Of a stretch of 64,000 nt of DNA, positions 29,506-38,518 are shown one piece after another. How positions within the stretch are numbered: position 1 is the stretch's first letter; each line of letters opens with the position of its first letter. Source of the DNA: an uncultured virus (IMG/VR IMGVR_UViG_3300028630_000295). Lineage: Duplodnaviria > Heunggongvirae > Uroviricota > Caudoviricetes. The stretch lies in IMG/VR virus record IMGVR_UViG_3300028630_000295; one strand, given 5' to 3'. The translations under genes and the position numbers were made by a program. Under the pieces are notes generated by a model. The model was not told where the DNA came from. It worked only from the letters and a program-made list of their open reading frames with translations, and did not search any database.

Positions 29506-29538
29506 TGTTTTTATAAACTCTTTTTGTTTTTATAAACT
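29506..29538. repeat. Direct repeat TGTTTTTATAAACT x2
   Basis: Copies at 29506 and 29525 in a T-rich tract. Confidence 0.7.
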
Positions 29539-29570
29539 ATTTTTGTTTAGAAATTAAAAAATCCGAATCC

Positions 29571-30158
29571 ATGGAGGAATTTATGAAGATTGTTTCAGTC
29601 GAAAAATTTATTGAAAAGTTAAATTGTGATGTTTATCCAGTTACAATTATTAAGTTTCTCTTGAATAAGAGAAAGATTTTATCCTATTTTTCTAAAGCGG
29701 CAGATAAGAGTTTTGAGATTCGGGGAACGAAGTACTCAATAGATCATACTACTTGCCAAGTTTGCGAAGAAAAGAAAAATGAGGGAATTCTTTGTAGGCA
29801 GCATACATCTATCAGTAGAGTTCTTAATGCTGATGTAGTAGCATTTGATCTAGATACTAATTCCTATTTCTATAAAAATGAAATTTTCAGATTTGTTGGA
29901 AATAGATTAGTTATCGTTTATTGCCCTCATCCAAAACTCATTGTAGATGAAATCACTGATGCTAAAGTGAGAAAAATTAATCCAATTACAATTGATTATC
30001 CAGAAGATTGTAAAATTCCTGACTATAAGAAACATGAATTTATCTCAAGTGATCTATTAGATCAACATATGAAGTGTTGGTTTAATGACCAATTTTCATT
30101 AGTGACCATTCCTGAAGATAGAAACTTCAGTAATTGGTGTTTATTTCCCAACAAATAA
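29571..30158 (+). CDS. Hypothetical protein with CxxC..C..H zinc motif
   Basis: CQVC...LCRQH; likely start at ATG 29583 after GGAGG. Confidence 0.6.
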   Translation: MEEFMKIVSVEKFIEKLNCDVYPVTIIKFLLNKRKILSYFSKAADKSFEIRGTKYSIDHTTCQVCEEKKNEGILCRQHTSISRVLNADVVAFDLDTNSYFYKNEIFRFVGNRLVIVYCPHPKLIVDEITDAKVRKINPITIDYPEDCKIPDYKKHEFISSDLLDQHMKCWFNDQFSLVTIPEDRNFSNWCLFPNK

Positions 30159-30190
30159 AAAACAAATTTAAAACTAAGGAGACAACAAGT

Positions 30191-31147
30191 ATGGTAAACA
30201 TTAATATTGATGATTATGATGCTCTAGATGATACTGGTTTTATTAGTAATGAACCATCGACACCAGAAAAAGATTTCTTTCATTCTGTATATGTAGCTGG
30301 AAAAACAAGAAAAAATCATATTGGTGTAACAGAAGAACTAGGAAAACTACAGGTAAGGGGAGTAGAATATAATAAAGATAAAATCTATATGATTATTACT
30401 CACATTAAACCTGTTCTTATGAAAACAAAAAGAGTTCAGAACAGGGATCAAATTGAGTGTTTCTCATATCAGATTGGTCCTCCTGAGAATTGGAGAGGAA
30501 CTAATAATGGAAGAAAATGCCCAAGGAACTCAGTTGAGAGAGCAGCTAATTCTTGGTGCAACGGTTGTAAATCTCAGCTGATTGTTGCTGGAATTTATAC
30601 AGATCAATCTGGAAGACCAGTTACAGGAGAAGATAATAAACCAATTTTTATCTTTATTCGTGGAAGGGGTGTTAAGTATCAAAACGTTTCAAATTATCTT
30701 AGCGATCTGAGTAAGATGGAACTTCCTCCCATTACACAGGCTAAAGATGAAGAAGCTTTAAAACGAGAAAGGAAGCTTCTTAATCATAAGAGATTTGTAA
30801 CTCAAATTTCTGTTGGAAAATTTGAAACACAGAGTTACGGTGTTAAAGATACTTTCAATCTTGAAAGATCAACTCAAATTCCGGATGATAAAGTTACGGG
30901 TATTCTTAATATTGCTCAGAAAACGGTTGATAAGTTTCATCAAAAATTTGATTGGTCAAAGGGAAGACAGGTTCAGTCTAGTGACTATGTAGAAAAACCT
31001 CCTGTTACTGAAGATCAAAAATTTGGTGGATCAGAGAATAAACCAGAAGAACAAAAGTCTACCACACAACCAAGTGAAGAAAAGAAAGCAGCTACAGAGC
31101 AAAAGAAAGCTCTTGAAGGATTTAATTTTGAATCATTAGAATTTTAA
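30191..31147 (+). CDS. Probable single-stranded DNA-binding protein
   Basis: AAGGAG RBS before ATG 30191; beta-rich core with C..C..CxxC, disordered linker and acidic-aromatic tail FNFESLEF. Confidence 0.5.
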   Translation: MVNINIDDYDALDDTGFISNEPSTPEKDFFHSVYVAGKTRKNHIGVTEELGKLQVRGVEYNKDKIYMIITHIKPVLMKTKRVQNRDQIECFSYQIGPPENWRGTNNGRKCPRNSVERAANSWCNGCKSQLIVAGIYTDQSGRPVTGEDNKPIFIFIRGRGVKYQNVSNYLSDLSKMELPPITQAKDEEALKRERKLLNHKRFVTQISVGKFETQSYGVKDTFNLERSTQIPDDKVTGILNIAQKTVDKFHQKFDWSKGRQVQSSDYVEKPPVTEDQKFGGSENKPEEQKSTTQPSEEKKAATEQKKALEGFNFESLEF

Positions 31148-31158
31148 GGAGAACTGAT

Positions 31159-32409
31159 ATGTCAAATGGGAAGAAACAAGAGTTAAAATACTTTGAGAAG
31201 TTAAATATTTCTGTATTATCAATTGATAAAATTAAAGAATTAATTAAATCCAATATCGTTAATACCATGAGGTGTTGGGAAAAGGGAAAAGATGTTCAAA
31301 AAATTACCTTTCATATTATTGGTCCAGCGGGTGTTGGAAAGACGCAAGTGTGTGGTCAAATAAAAGATGAGCTTACAAAAGAAACTGGAAAGAAATGGAA
31401 CATGATTATGATTAAGAGTCCAGTTCTTTCTAGGGATGATTTTCTTATTCCATTCCCAGTAACTGACAACGGAAACACAAAGTTTAAAATGTTATACTCA
31501 GACTTTGTTCCAACAGGTCAAGATAGTTGTGGTTTATTTGTCATTGACGAGTTTTCTCGCGGTGACCATAATTTACAGCAGTTGATGTGGCAGGTTCAAA
31601 ATGAGTATAAACTTCATTTATACGATTTTCCAAGAAACTGGTTTGTCATTTGTACAGATAACCCAGATGACCAAGAATATAGTATGGACTATTTAGAAGA
31701 TGCTGCAGGATTAAGAAGAACTCTTCATATTTATAGCGAAGTTTCTGCTGCAGCATTTTTGAGGTTTGCAAGACAATCTTCTTATCATCCTTTGGTTATT
31801 GAGTTTATTGAAGCTCATCCAGAGTATGTATATGACTTTGATTCTCAGAAGGTTGGAAGTGTTTATGCAAATCCAGCAAGCTGGGAGAAGGTTTCAGATA
31901 CTCTTTGGGGATTTGAAATGAACGGTGGTATAGAAGAGAATCTTAATAAACTAGAACCTCTAGCTTCTGGATTATTAAATACAAGTAAGACTAGAATGTT
32001 TATTGATTATATCAAGAGTAGAGAAGCAATTTCTCCAAGGGATATTCTCGATAAATATGAAACGGTTAAAAAGACGATTGCAAAGTATGTCAAGGAAGGT
32101 CACAATGTAAGACTTGGTCAGTTGATGGATTCTTTTATTTCCTTCCTTGTTGATACAAAACCAGCTCTGAATGATGAAAGATTAAAGAATATTGGAACAT
32201 TCATTTGTGATGTCCCATCAGATACAGCTGCTATTCTTGTTACTAAGACTGATTCTTATGACAGGAAGAGTGAAGAGTTTAAGTATATGACTAAAGTTCA
32301 TACCTCGCTATTCAGCTCTTCTCAGGATTATAAGAAGAAGTTCTATGAAACAATGACAGCTATTGGAGATAAAGCTGCATCAAACGAAGCATTGAAGAAG
32401 GGAAGGTAA
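31159..32409 (+). CDS. MoxR-like AAA+ ATPase
   Basis: GPAGVGKT, FVIDEFSR, CTDNP, LRR, NPASWE; adjacent to a vWA gene. Confidence 0.85.
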   Translation: MSNGKKQELKYFEKLNISVLSIDKIKELIKSNIVNTMRCWEKGKDVQKITFHIIGPAGVGKTQVCGQIKDELTKETGKKWNMIMIKSPVLSRDDFLIPFPVTDNGNTKFKMLYSDFVPTGQDSCGLFVIDEFSRGDHNLQQLMWQVQNEYKLHLYDFPRNWFVICTDNPDDQEYSMDYLEDAAGLRRTLHIYSEVSAAAFLRFARQSSYHPLVIEFIEAHPEYVYDFDSQKVGSVYANPASWEKVSDTLWGFEMNGGIEENLNKLEPLASGLLNTSKTRMFIDYIKSREAISPRDILDKYETVKKTIAKYVKEGHNVRLGQLMDSFISFLVDTKPALNDERLKNIGTFICDVPSDTAAILVTKTDSYDRKSEEFKYMTKVHTSLFSSSQDYKKKFYETMTAIGDKAASNEALKKGR

Positions 32410-33818
32410 TGAAAGCAGATACCAGTGAAAGATTAAGGGAATTGATAGTACAGTTAACTTTCGCTGACTCGTATTGGGGATATTTGTTTTCAAGAGTTAG
32501 AAGAGTGGAAAAACAAATGCCGTATGCTATGGCAGTTACTCCAGATCCAGATGGAACAATTCATCTCTGGTATAATAAAGAGATGGTTGATGGATCAGAT
32601 GATTTTACTATCTTCAAGATTCTTGAGCATGAAGGTATGCATATATTGAATAAACATATCTCAAGATTTTTTAGATTAATTGCTGATGAAATTTCTCCAT
32701 ATGAAGTTCTAAAAAAGAGAGAGATTTTAATGTATGCAGCTGACATGGCAGTTAACACACAAATGAATATGCCAAGAAAGTTAACTGTTAATAGGCAGGA
32801 GTTTATTCCTGTCTTTCCTGAACCATATAATTTGGAACCAAAAAAGACATTGGAATACTATTACCTTGAACTGCAAAAATTGTCAAATCAGGGTGGTGGT
32901 GGAGGAAAGAAACAAAAGCAAAAAATTCAAGGAATTTCTGTTGGTGGTGGTAAAGAAAAAGGTGAAGGTGAAGGAGAATCTGAAGGTGAATCTAATGGGA
33001 AGGGAAAAGATCAACAACAGAACCAAAACAGTAATGGATTGGGTGGCGGAGAAAAAGGTGAGTTTATTGATGACCACTCAATTTGGATAGAAGTAGCTGA
33101 AAAATGTGAAGATCCAAATGCAATGTCAAGGAAACTTGATAACTTTGCAACCAATATTATTTTGGATGCGTATAGATCTGTTTCTGATCGAGGAAAAATT
33201 CCTGCTGGAATTCTTGATATGATTCAGAAAGCTCTTGAACCAGCAAGAGCTCCATACTATCAGATAATCAGGAAACTAGTCAGGGGTTCCAGGATGACTA
33301 AGTTTGAGAGATGCTTTACCAGAATAAATAGGAAGAGAACTTATGCATTTGCAATTAGTTCAAATCCTAATAGACCTGCAATATGTCCTTTTCCTGGAAA
33401 GACAAGAGATTTCTCATTCAACATTGGTATTCTTCTGGATTCTTCTGGAAGCATGTCATTAGATGATATCATGGAAGGATTATCTGGAGTAAAGAATATC
33501 ATTGAAAGTGATAGACATTGCAAAACAACTATCATTGAATGTGATGCTCAAATTCAAAAAGAATATATTTGCAAGAGATTGAAAGATATTGATTTTCAAA
33601 TTAAGGGTCGTGGAGGAACAACATTATTTCCAGCACTTTCTAGATTTAAAGATCTGGATGTGGATGTTGTTTTAGCATTTACTGATGGGTATTGTGAAAA
33701 TGTAAACGAAATTAGAAGAACACTATTACCAAAAAAGATTATTTGGGTAATTACAAATAACCGGGGAACTACTGAGAATATCAATAAAACTGGATTTGTA
33801 GTTGTCCTGAATAAATAA
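32409..33818 (+). CDS. DUF2201-type metallopeptidase-vWA protein
   Basis: HEGMH, AADMAVN, G/E-rich linker, DDHSIW, LDSSGSM (MIDAS), GRGGT, FTDG. Confidence 0.85.
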   Translation: MKADTSERLRELIVQLTFADSYWGYLFSRVRRVEKQMPYAMAVTPDPDGTIHLWYNKEMVDGSDDFTIFKILEHEGMHILNKHISRFFRLIADEISPYEVLKKREILMYAADMAVNTQMNMPRKLTVNRQEFIPVFPEPYNLEPKKTLEYYYLELQKLSNQGGGGGKKQKQKIQGISVGGGKEKGEGEGESEGESNGKGKDQQQNQNSNGLGGGEKGEFIDDHSIWIEVAEKCEDPNAMSRKLDNFATNIILDAYRSVSDRGKIPAGILDMIQKALEPARAPYYQIIRKLVRGSRMTKFERCFTRINRKRTYAFAISSNPNRPAICPFPGKTRDFSFNIGILLDSSGSMSLDDIMEGLSGVKNIIESDRHCKTTIIECDAQIQKEYICKRLKDIDFQIKGRGGTTLFPALSRFKDLDVDVVLAFTDGYCENVNEIRRTLLPKKIIWVITNNRGTTENINKTGFVVVLNK

Positions 33819-33835
33819 AGATTAAGGAGAGTTTT

Positions 33836-34345
33836 ATGAAGATCATCGAAGCGTTGAAGAAGTTAAAGGTCATTGAAAAGCGAATGGAGAAAAACAGACA
33901 ACAAATTACCCAGTATGCTTCAATGATCAGTACGGAGAGACCAATCTTCGATACTGAGGAAAAGCAGAGAAAGGAAGTTTCTTCTTTGATTCAATCAAAC
34001 ACAGATCTGATGAAAGAGTATCTCGATCTGAAAGGAAAGATTGAGAAAACGAATATCACTGTTAAGGTTGAAATGGGTGGTGTTCAGTACTCAATCTCGG
34101 ATCTTCTTCTCATTAAGAGAAAGATGGCAAAAGTCATGATGAGCACTTACGAGGCGCTGAATACATCAGCAGGACAGTCGAGACTGAGACAAGTTTCGAT
34201 TGGTGCTGGGGAAAGGTCACCTCAAGTTGTTCAACTCTATGATGAGAAGGATAAAATTGCAGGCTTGGATAAGTGGCAGGATCTATATCACAATATAGAT
34301 TCTCGCCTTGAGGTCATCAACGCAACGACTGACCTCATGGAATAA
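33836..34345 (+). CDS. DIP1984/DUF6847-like coiled-coil protein
   Basis: MKIIEALK..., KIEKTN, YSISDLL, IDSRLEVINATTDL match the family pattern as recalled; strong AAGGAG RBS; more C/G-ending codons than neighbours. Confidence 0.6.
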   Translation: MKIIEALKKLKVIEKRMEKNRQQITQYASMISTERPIFDTEEKQRKEVSSLIQSNTDLMKEYLDLKGKIEKTNITVKVEMGGVQYSISDLLLIKRKMAKVMMSTYEALNTSAGQSRLRQVSIGAGERSPQVVQLYDEKDKIAGLDKWQDLYHNIDSRLEVINATTDLME

Positions 34346-34353
34346 GAACAAAT

Positions 34354-34655
34354 AATAAAGGGTGATAGTTTTGGTGATGTAAAGAAGTAGGAATTAAGAG
34401 TCCCTCCTAATGGGGTCATATTAGGATACATGGCTAAGGATAATTGTTTATCCTTTTTAAGACATGGTGATATACCATATCTTCAAGACTTACGTCTAAA
34501 GGTTCAAGACTTACACGATGCCCTACGTGGATAAATAAGGGCTTCTAAAGTCTCAGGACTAAGGACTCAAGGCTGGGAGAAAACCAGGTCAAGTGGTGCT
34601 TTAATTCTTGGCATCTATACCACTTCTGGCTGTCATTGGAGCTTCACCCTTTATT
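34354..34655 (+). ncRNA. Unidentified ~300-nt structured RNA with phased 7-nt repeats
   Basis: Ends pair (AATAAAGGGTGA/TCACCCTTTATT) and extend through a G-U-rich helix; five internal hairpins; YTHARGN heptamers; promoter-like motif at 34346; no ORF. Confidence 0.8.
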
Positions 34656-34683
34656 TTACGTTAATTTTGAAAGGTGATTTTAT

Positions 34684-35088
34684 ATGAGAATGAAATTGGA
34701 TTTTGTGACGAATAGTTCCTCAAGTTCCTTTATTGCTTGGGGAATATGTACAGATATTGGAGAACTAAAAAATAATGTAACTCTATCAGACCTTTTATAT
34801 AATGATTATTTATTAACATTAAAAGATGATGAACCATTAACAAAAGAAGAGTTCTTTGAGCAAGATAGATGGGACTTTATTGATTATTTTGATAGATTTC
34901 TTGGTAAACATGGAAATGGGTTACAATATTCTTCACGAGAAGATTATATCTACATTGGTGTTGACCCATTTGAAATTGAAGATAATGAAACAGGGTTGGA
35001 ATTTAAACAGAGAATCATGAAAGCATTTAAGTCAATTGGTATAAATACAAAATTAGAAAAAATTGAAGAATCATGGTATGATGGGTGA
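34684..35088 (+). CDS. FVTNSSS-leader family protein 1
   Basis: MRMKLDFVTNSSSSSF. Confidence 0.75.
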   Translation: MRMKLDFVTNSSSSSFIAWGICTDIGELKNNVTLSDLLYNDYLLTLKDDEPLTKEEFFEQDRWDFIDYFDRFLGKHGNGLQYSSREDYIYIGVDPFEIEDNETGLEFKQRIMKAFKSIGINTKLEKIEESWYDG

Positions 35089-35092
35089 GTTT

Positions 35093-35284
35093 ATGCCAAG
35101 AGATCGTAGATTATGTATATTTTTAATGATGGCAAATATTATAGCTAAGAACTTGAATCCAAAAATTCATTCTATGTGTTTAGGAAAAGAATGTGAACAT
35201 TTTAAACTAAAAGAAAATTCCCAAAATCTTTATTATTGTGGAATTTCTGGAGAATCTGTAAGTTCAGATAGTACTAAAGAATAG
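35093..35284 (+). CDS. Hypothetical small Cys-containing protein
   Basis: ATG after GGTGAG; C...CxxxxC...C. Confidence 0.5.
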   Translation: MPRDRRLCIFLMMANIIAKNLNPKIHSMCLGKECEHFKLKENSQNLYYCGISGESVSSDSTKE

Positions 35285-35292
35285 AGGTAATT

Positions 35293-35894
35293 ATGAGAAT
35301 AAAAGAAGATTTTGTTACTAACTCGAGTAGTACATCATTTGTACTTTCAGCTATTTGTATTGGTCACATTCCATATACGAAAATGGATCTTACAAAGAGC
35401 CTAAAAAGAAAATTCAAACTAGCTAAACATGAGTTAAATTCATATTCTGATAATGATAGATTTTCATTTGTAAAGTATTTAAACATTTCGATATGGGATC
35501 CAGATAATGACGACATTGATGAACCATCTGACGATGGTTATTTGTCAGTAGAAGTTTTTAATGGTGATATGAGTTATTATGACGAGAACGAAAAAAAATA
35601 GAAGATTTGAGAACTATCGTGAAAATATGTGTTACCACACCAACTCTTTATGCTAAAGATGAAGGAAGATTAGTTAACTTAGTTATAAATAATTTGAAAA
35701 CAATATTATCTACTATAAAGGAAGATTTTATTGTAGATTTATTTTATTCTCAAAATGTTAAAGATATTTATGGTGATGGTTGGGATGGTGGAGATCCAAT
35801 GGGTCCATATGAGTGGACAAAAGATGTTTATGAACAGGAAACAAAACTTGGAAGAATTACAGGCGGAAAAGGATTCTTAAGATTTTCAAGATAA
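35293..35894 (+). CDS. FVTNSSS-leader family protein 2, interrupted by a -1 frame change at an A8 run
   Basis: 35293..35601 ends GAA AAA AAA TAG; the -1 frame continues ATA GAA GAT TTG into ORF 35607..35894, which has no RBS. Confidence 0.6.
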
Positions 35895-35907
35895 AGGAGA
35901 ATAGTGA

Positions 35908-36696
35908 ATGAGTCACTTTACAGTTCTTGTAGTTGGTGAAAATGTGGATGAACAGTTACATCCATTTTGGGAACTTGATCTAAGTGAAGACGAAATAAAA
36001 ATGGATTCAAGAGCCCAATTTTTTCTTGAGATAAAGAAGGATGAACTCGAAAAGAAATTCGAGGAATTTCTTAAAGAAAAGAAAGAATATATAGAAAAAA
36101 ATTCTATTATATATGAAACAGCTGAGGAATGGGTAAAAGATTGGCATGGTTATATTCTTAATCTAGAAGCTGGAGGTTGGGGATACTATAAAAACCCTCA
36201 ACAGAAATGGGATTGGTATTCGGTTGGTGGTAGATGGTCTGGGTGGTTTGTTCTGAAAGATGGAGCAAAGGGAATATTGGGAAGACCTGGTATTTTTGGA
36301 CGAGAAGAAAAAAATGAAACTCCAAACAGAGCTGACCAAGCAAAAAAAGGTGATATTGATTGGGAAGCTATGGTTAAAGATCGAGTTGAGGAAGCGAAAC
36401 AAACATGGAATGAAATAGTAGTTGAAAATAAAAAGAATATGACTCCAGAAATTATTAGTTTTATTTATGGAATTAATTCCGAAGATACTCTTGAATCCTA
36501 TATAAAAAGAAGAGAAAAATTTCCTACCACATTTGCTGTTTTAAAAGATGGTAAATGGTATGAAAAGGGTGAAATGGGTTGGTGGGGAATTACTACAAAT
36601 GAAATGCCTCAAGATCAGTGGGATGAAGAATTCAAGAAACTAATTGAAGATCTACCAGATGATACACTTCTAACTGTTGTTGATTGCCACATCTGA
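35908..36696 (+). CDS. Conserved Trp-rich phage hypothetical protein
   Basis: MSHFTVLV...NPQQKWDWYSVGGRW...GKWYEKGEMGWWG...TLLTVVDCHI. Confidence 0.7.
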   Translation: MSHFTVLVVGENVDEQLHPFWELDLSEDEIKMDSRAQFFLEIKKDELEKKFEEFLKEKKEYIEKNSIIYETAEEWVKDWHGYILNLEAGGWGYYKNPQQKWDWYSVGGRWSGWFVLKDGAKGILGRPGIFGREEKNETPNRADQAKKGDIDWEAMVKDRVEEAKQTWNEIVVENKKNMTPEIISFIYGINSEDTLESYIKRREKFPTTFAVLKDGKWYEKGEMGWWGITTNEMPQDQWDEEFKKLIEDLPDDTLLTVVDCHI

Positions 36697-36709
36697 TAGG
36701 AGACTTTTA

Positions 36710-38518
36710 ATGTCTGAAACTTATACAGGTAAACATATTAAAGTATTGGATGAGGTATCTCACATTCGACTTAATCCTGGTATGTATATAGGAGATACTT
36801 CAAATCCAGTACACCTTGTAGAAGAAGCATTGGACAATGCTCTGGATGAATGTTTAGCAGGGCATGCTAATATTATAGCAGTTAATATTGATACAAAAAC
36901 TCATACATATTGTATATTAGATAATGGAAGGGGTATACCTATTGATAATGATACTCCAATAACCATATCTACAAAATTGTTTTCTGGTGCTAAATTTCAA
37001 GATAGTAAATCATCGTATTTAATTTGTAGTGGACTTCATGGTGTTGGATTAGTTGCTCTTAATGCATTATGTTCACTATATATTATTGAAATTTATCGTG
37101 ATGGAAAACATGCAAAATATGTATTTGAAAATGCAAAACTAAAAGAAAAAAGAATTGAACCATTTAAAGGAGAAGCTCCTTTTTCTACTAAGATTCAATT
37201 CAAACCAGATAAGAAAATATTTGAAAGTCTTGTTCCTGATACAGATAGACTTAGAAAGAGATTAGCAGTAGCATCAGTAGAATTGAAAGGATCAAAATTA
37301 GTTCTAAATATTGATAATAATAAAGAAATTTTTAGTCTAGATTCTGTTGGATATTTCAATCAAGAATGTCTAAATGATTCTGATAGTGAAACGACGAAGT
37401 TGATTGATATCTTCGTCGAAGATGGAATAGAATCACTAGAAGTTAAATTTTGTTACTCATTAAACGGAACTATTGCTCCTAGAATTCTATCGTCTGTTAA
37501 CTTACTACCTGTTGAATCTGGTGGAACTCATGTAAATACTTTTTTAGAAATTATTAAAGAATTATTTGTTTCAAAAGCAAAGAAGGTTGGATTGAAGTTT
37601 CAACCATACGACGCTCTATGTGGATTGAGAGCTTATCTTACTCTGAAACTACAAAAACCGGAATTCTCTGGTCAGACTAAAGATAAACTTATCAATCGAA
37701 AAGATTATTTGAGTAAGTTAACTGGAAAGTTTAAAGCGGCTATTGAGTCGTATTTTTCAAATGATCCAGAAGAACTAGATTTATTATTAAATCAGTTTGC
37801 AGAATATAGAAAAAAGTTAGATTCTAAAAAACTGAAAGCTTCTGGAAATGGAAAGAGAGCATCAACTAAATTTACAAAGCTTAGAGATTGTACATCGACA
37901 AACGGAGAGTTGTTTATTACGGAGGGTGATTCTGCTGGTGGTTCTCTTTTACAATGTAGAGATCCAAGGATCCATGCTGTTCTTCCATTAAAAGGAAAGA
38001 TTCCATCAATCGTAAATGCAAAAGAGATTTTGAAAAACCAAGAGATTGGGGAACTAATTCAAGCATTGGGAACTGGTGTAGGGCCGCACTTTGATGTTAG
38101 TAAACTTAAATATAACAAAGTTATATGTGCAGCAGACGCTGATTTTGATGGTTATCATATTTTCTGTTTATTAACTATTATTCTTGCTGTTTTAGTTCCT
38201 GATATAGTTAAGAATGGTAATTATTATCTTGCACAAACTCCATTATATGCCATAAACAAGGGAAAGACTTTTATTCCATTATGGACAAAGGATGAGTTGG
38301 AAAAAGCAAAGAAAAAAGGGGAATCAATAACCAGATTTAAAGGACTGGGGGAATTATCTCCTTGGCAACTAAAAATATGTTTACTGGATAATAATACTAG
38401 ACATTTAACAAAAGTTAAATATTCTAAAAATATAGACGAAATGTTAAAATTATTTTCAGATGTTAACGAAAAAAGAAAATTACTGGCAGATGATAGTATT
38501 GGAGAAGTTGAAATATGA
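36710..38518 (+). CDS. Type IIA topoisomerase B subunit (GyrB/ParE-like)
   Basis: PGMYIG, EALDNALDE, DNGRGIP, GLHGVG, TEGDSAGG, PLKGK, DADFDG, RFKGLGE; start ATG 36710 after AGGAG. Confidence 0.95.
   Translation: MSETYTGKHIKVLDEVSHIRLNPGMYIGDTSNPVHLVEEALDNALDECLAGHANIIAVNIDTKTHTYCILDNGRGIPIDNDTPITISTKLFSGAKFQDSKSSYLICSGLHGVGLVALNALCSLYIIEIYRDGKHAKYVFENAKLKEKRIEPFKGEAPFSTKIQFKPDKKIFESLVPDTDRLRKRLAVASVELKGSKLVLNIDNNKEIFSLDSVGYFNQECLNDSDSETTKLIDIFVEDGIESLEVKFCYSLNGTIAPRILSSVNLLPVESGGTHVNTFLEIIKELFVSKAKKVGLKFQPYDALCGLRAYLTLKLQKPEFSGQTKDKLINRKDYLSKLTGKFKAAIESYFSNDPEELDLLLNQFAEYRKKLDSKKLKASGNGKRASTKFTKLRDCTSTNGELFITEGDSAGGSLLQCRDPRIHAVLPLKGKIPSIVNAKEILKNQEIGELIQALGTGVGPHFDVSKLKYNKVICAADADFDGYHIFCLLTIILAVLVPDIVKNGNYYLAQTPLYAINKGKTFIPLWTKDELEKAKKKGESITRFKGLGELSPWQLKICLLDNNTRHLTKVKYSKNIDEMLKLFSDVNEKRKLLADDSIGEVEI

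Noticed and set aside
32890..33060. GAAGGT-type short repeats in the vWA gene
   Set aside because: They encode the Gly/Glu/Gln low-complexity linker usual for this protein family
34482..34594. Heptamer repeats as a CRISPR or mini-array
   Set aside because: Units are 7 nt, degenerate and contiguous, with no unique spacers
34354..34655. tmRNA, RNase P RNA or group I intron identity for the 300-nt RNA
   Set aside because: I could not find tRNA-like acceptor/T-arm ends, the RNase P P4 consensus or a group I core, and it does not interrupt a gene; a covariance search is still needed
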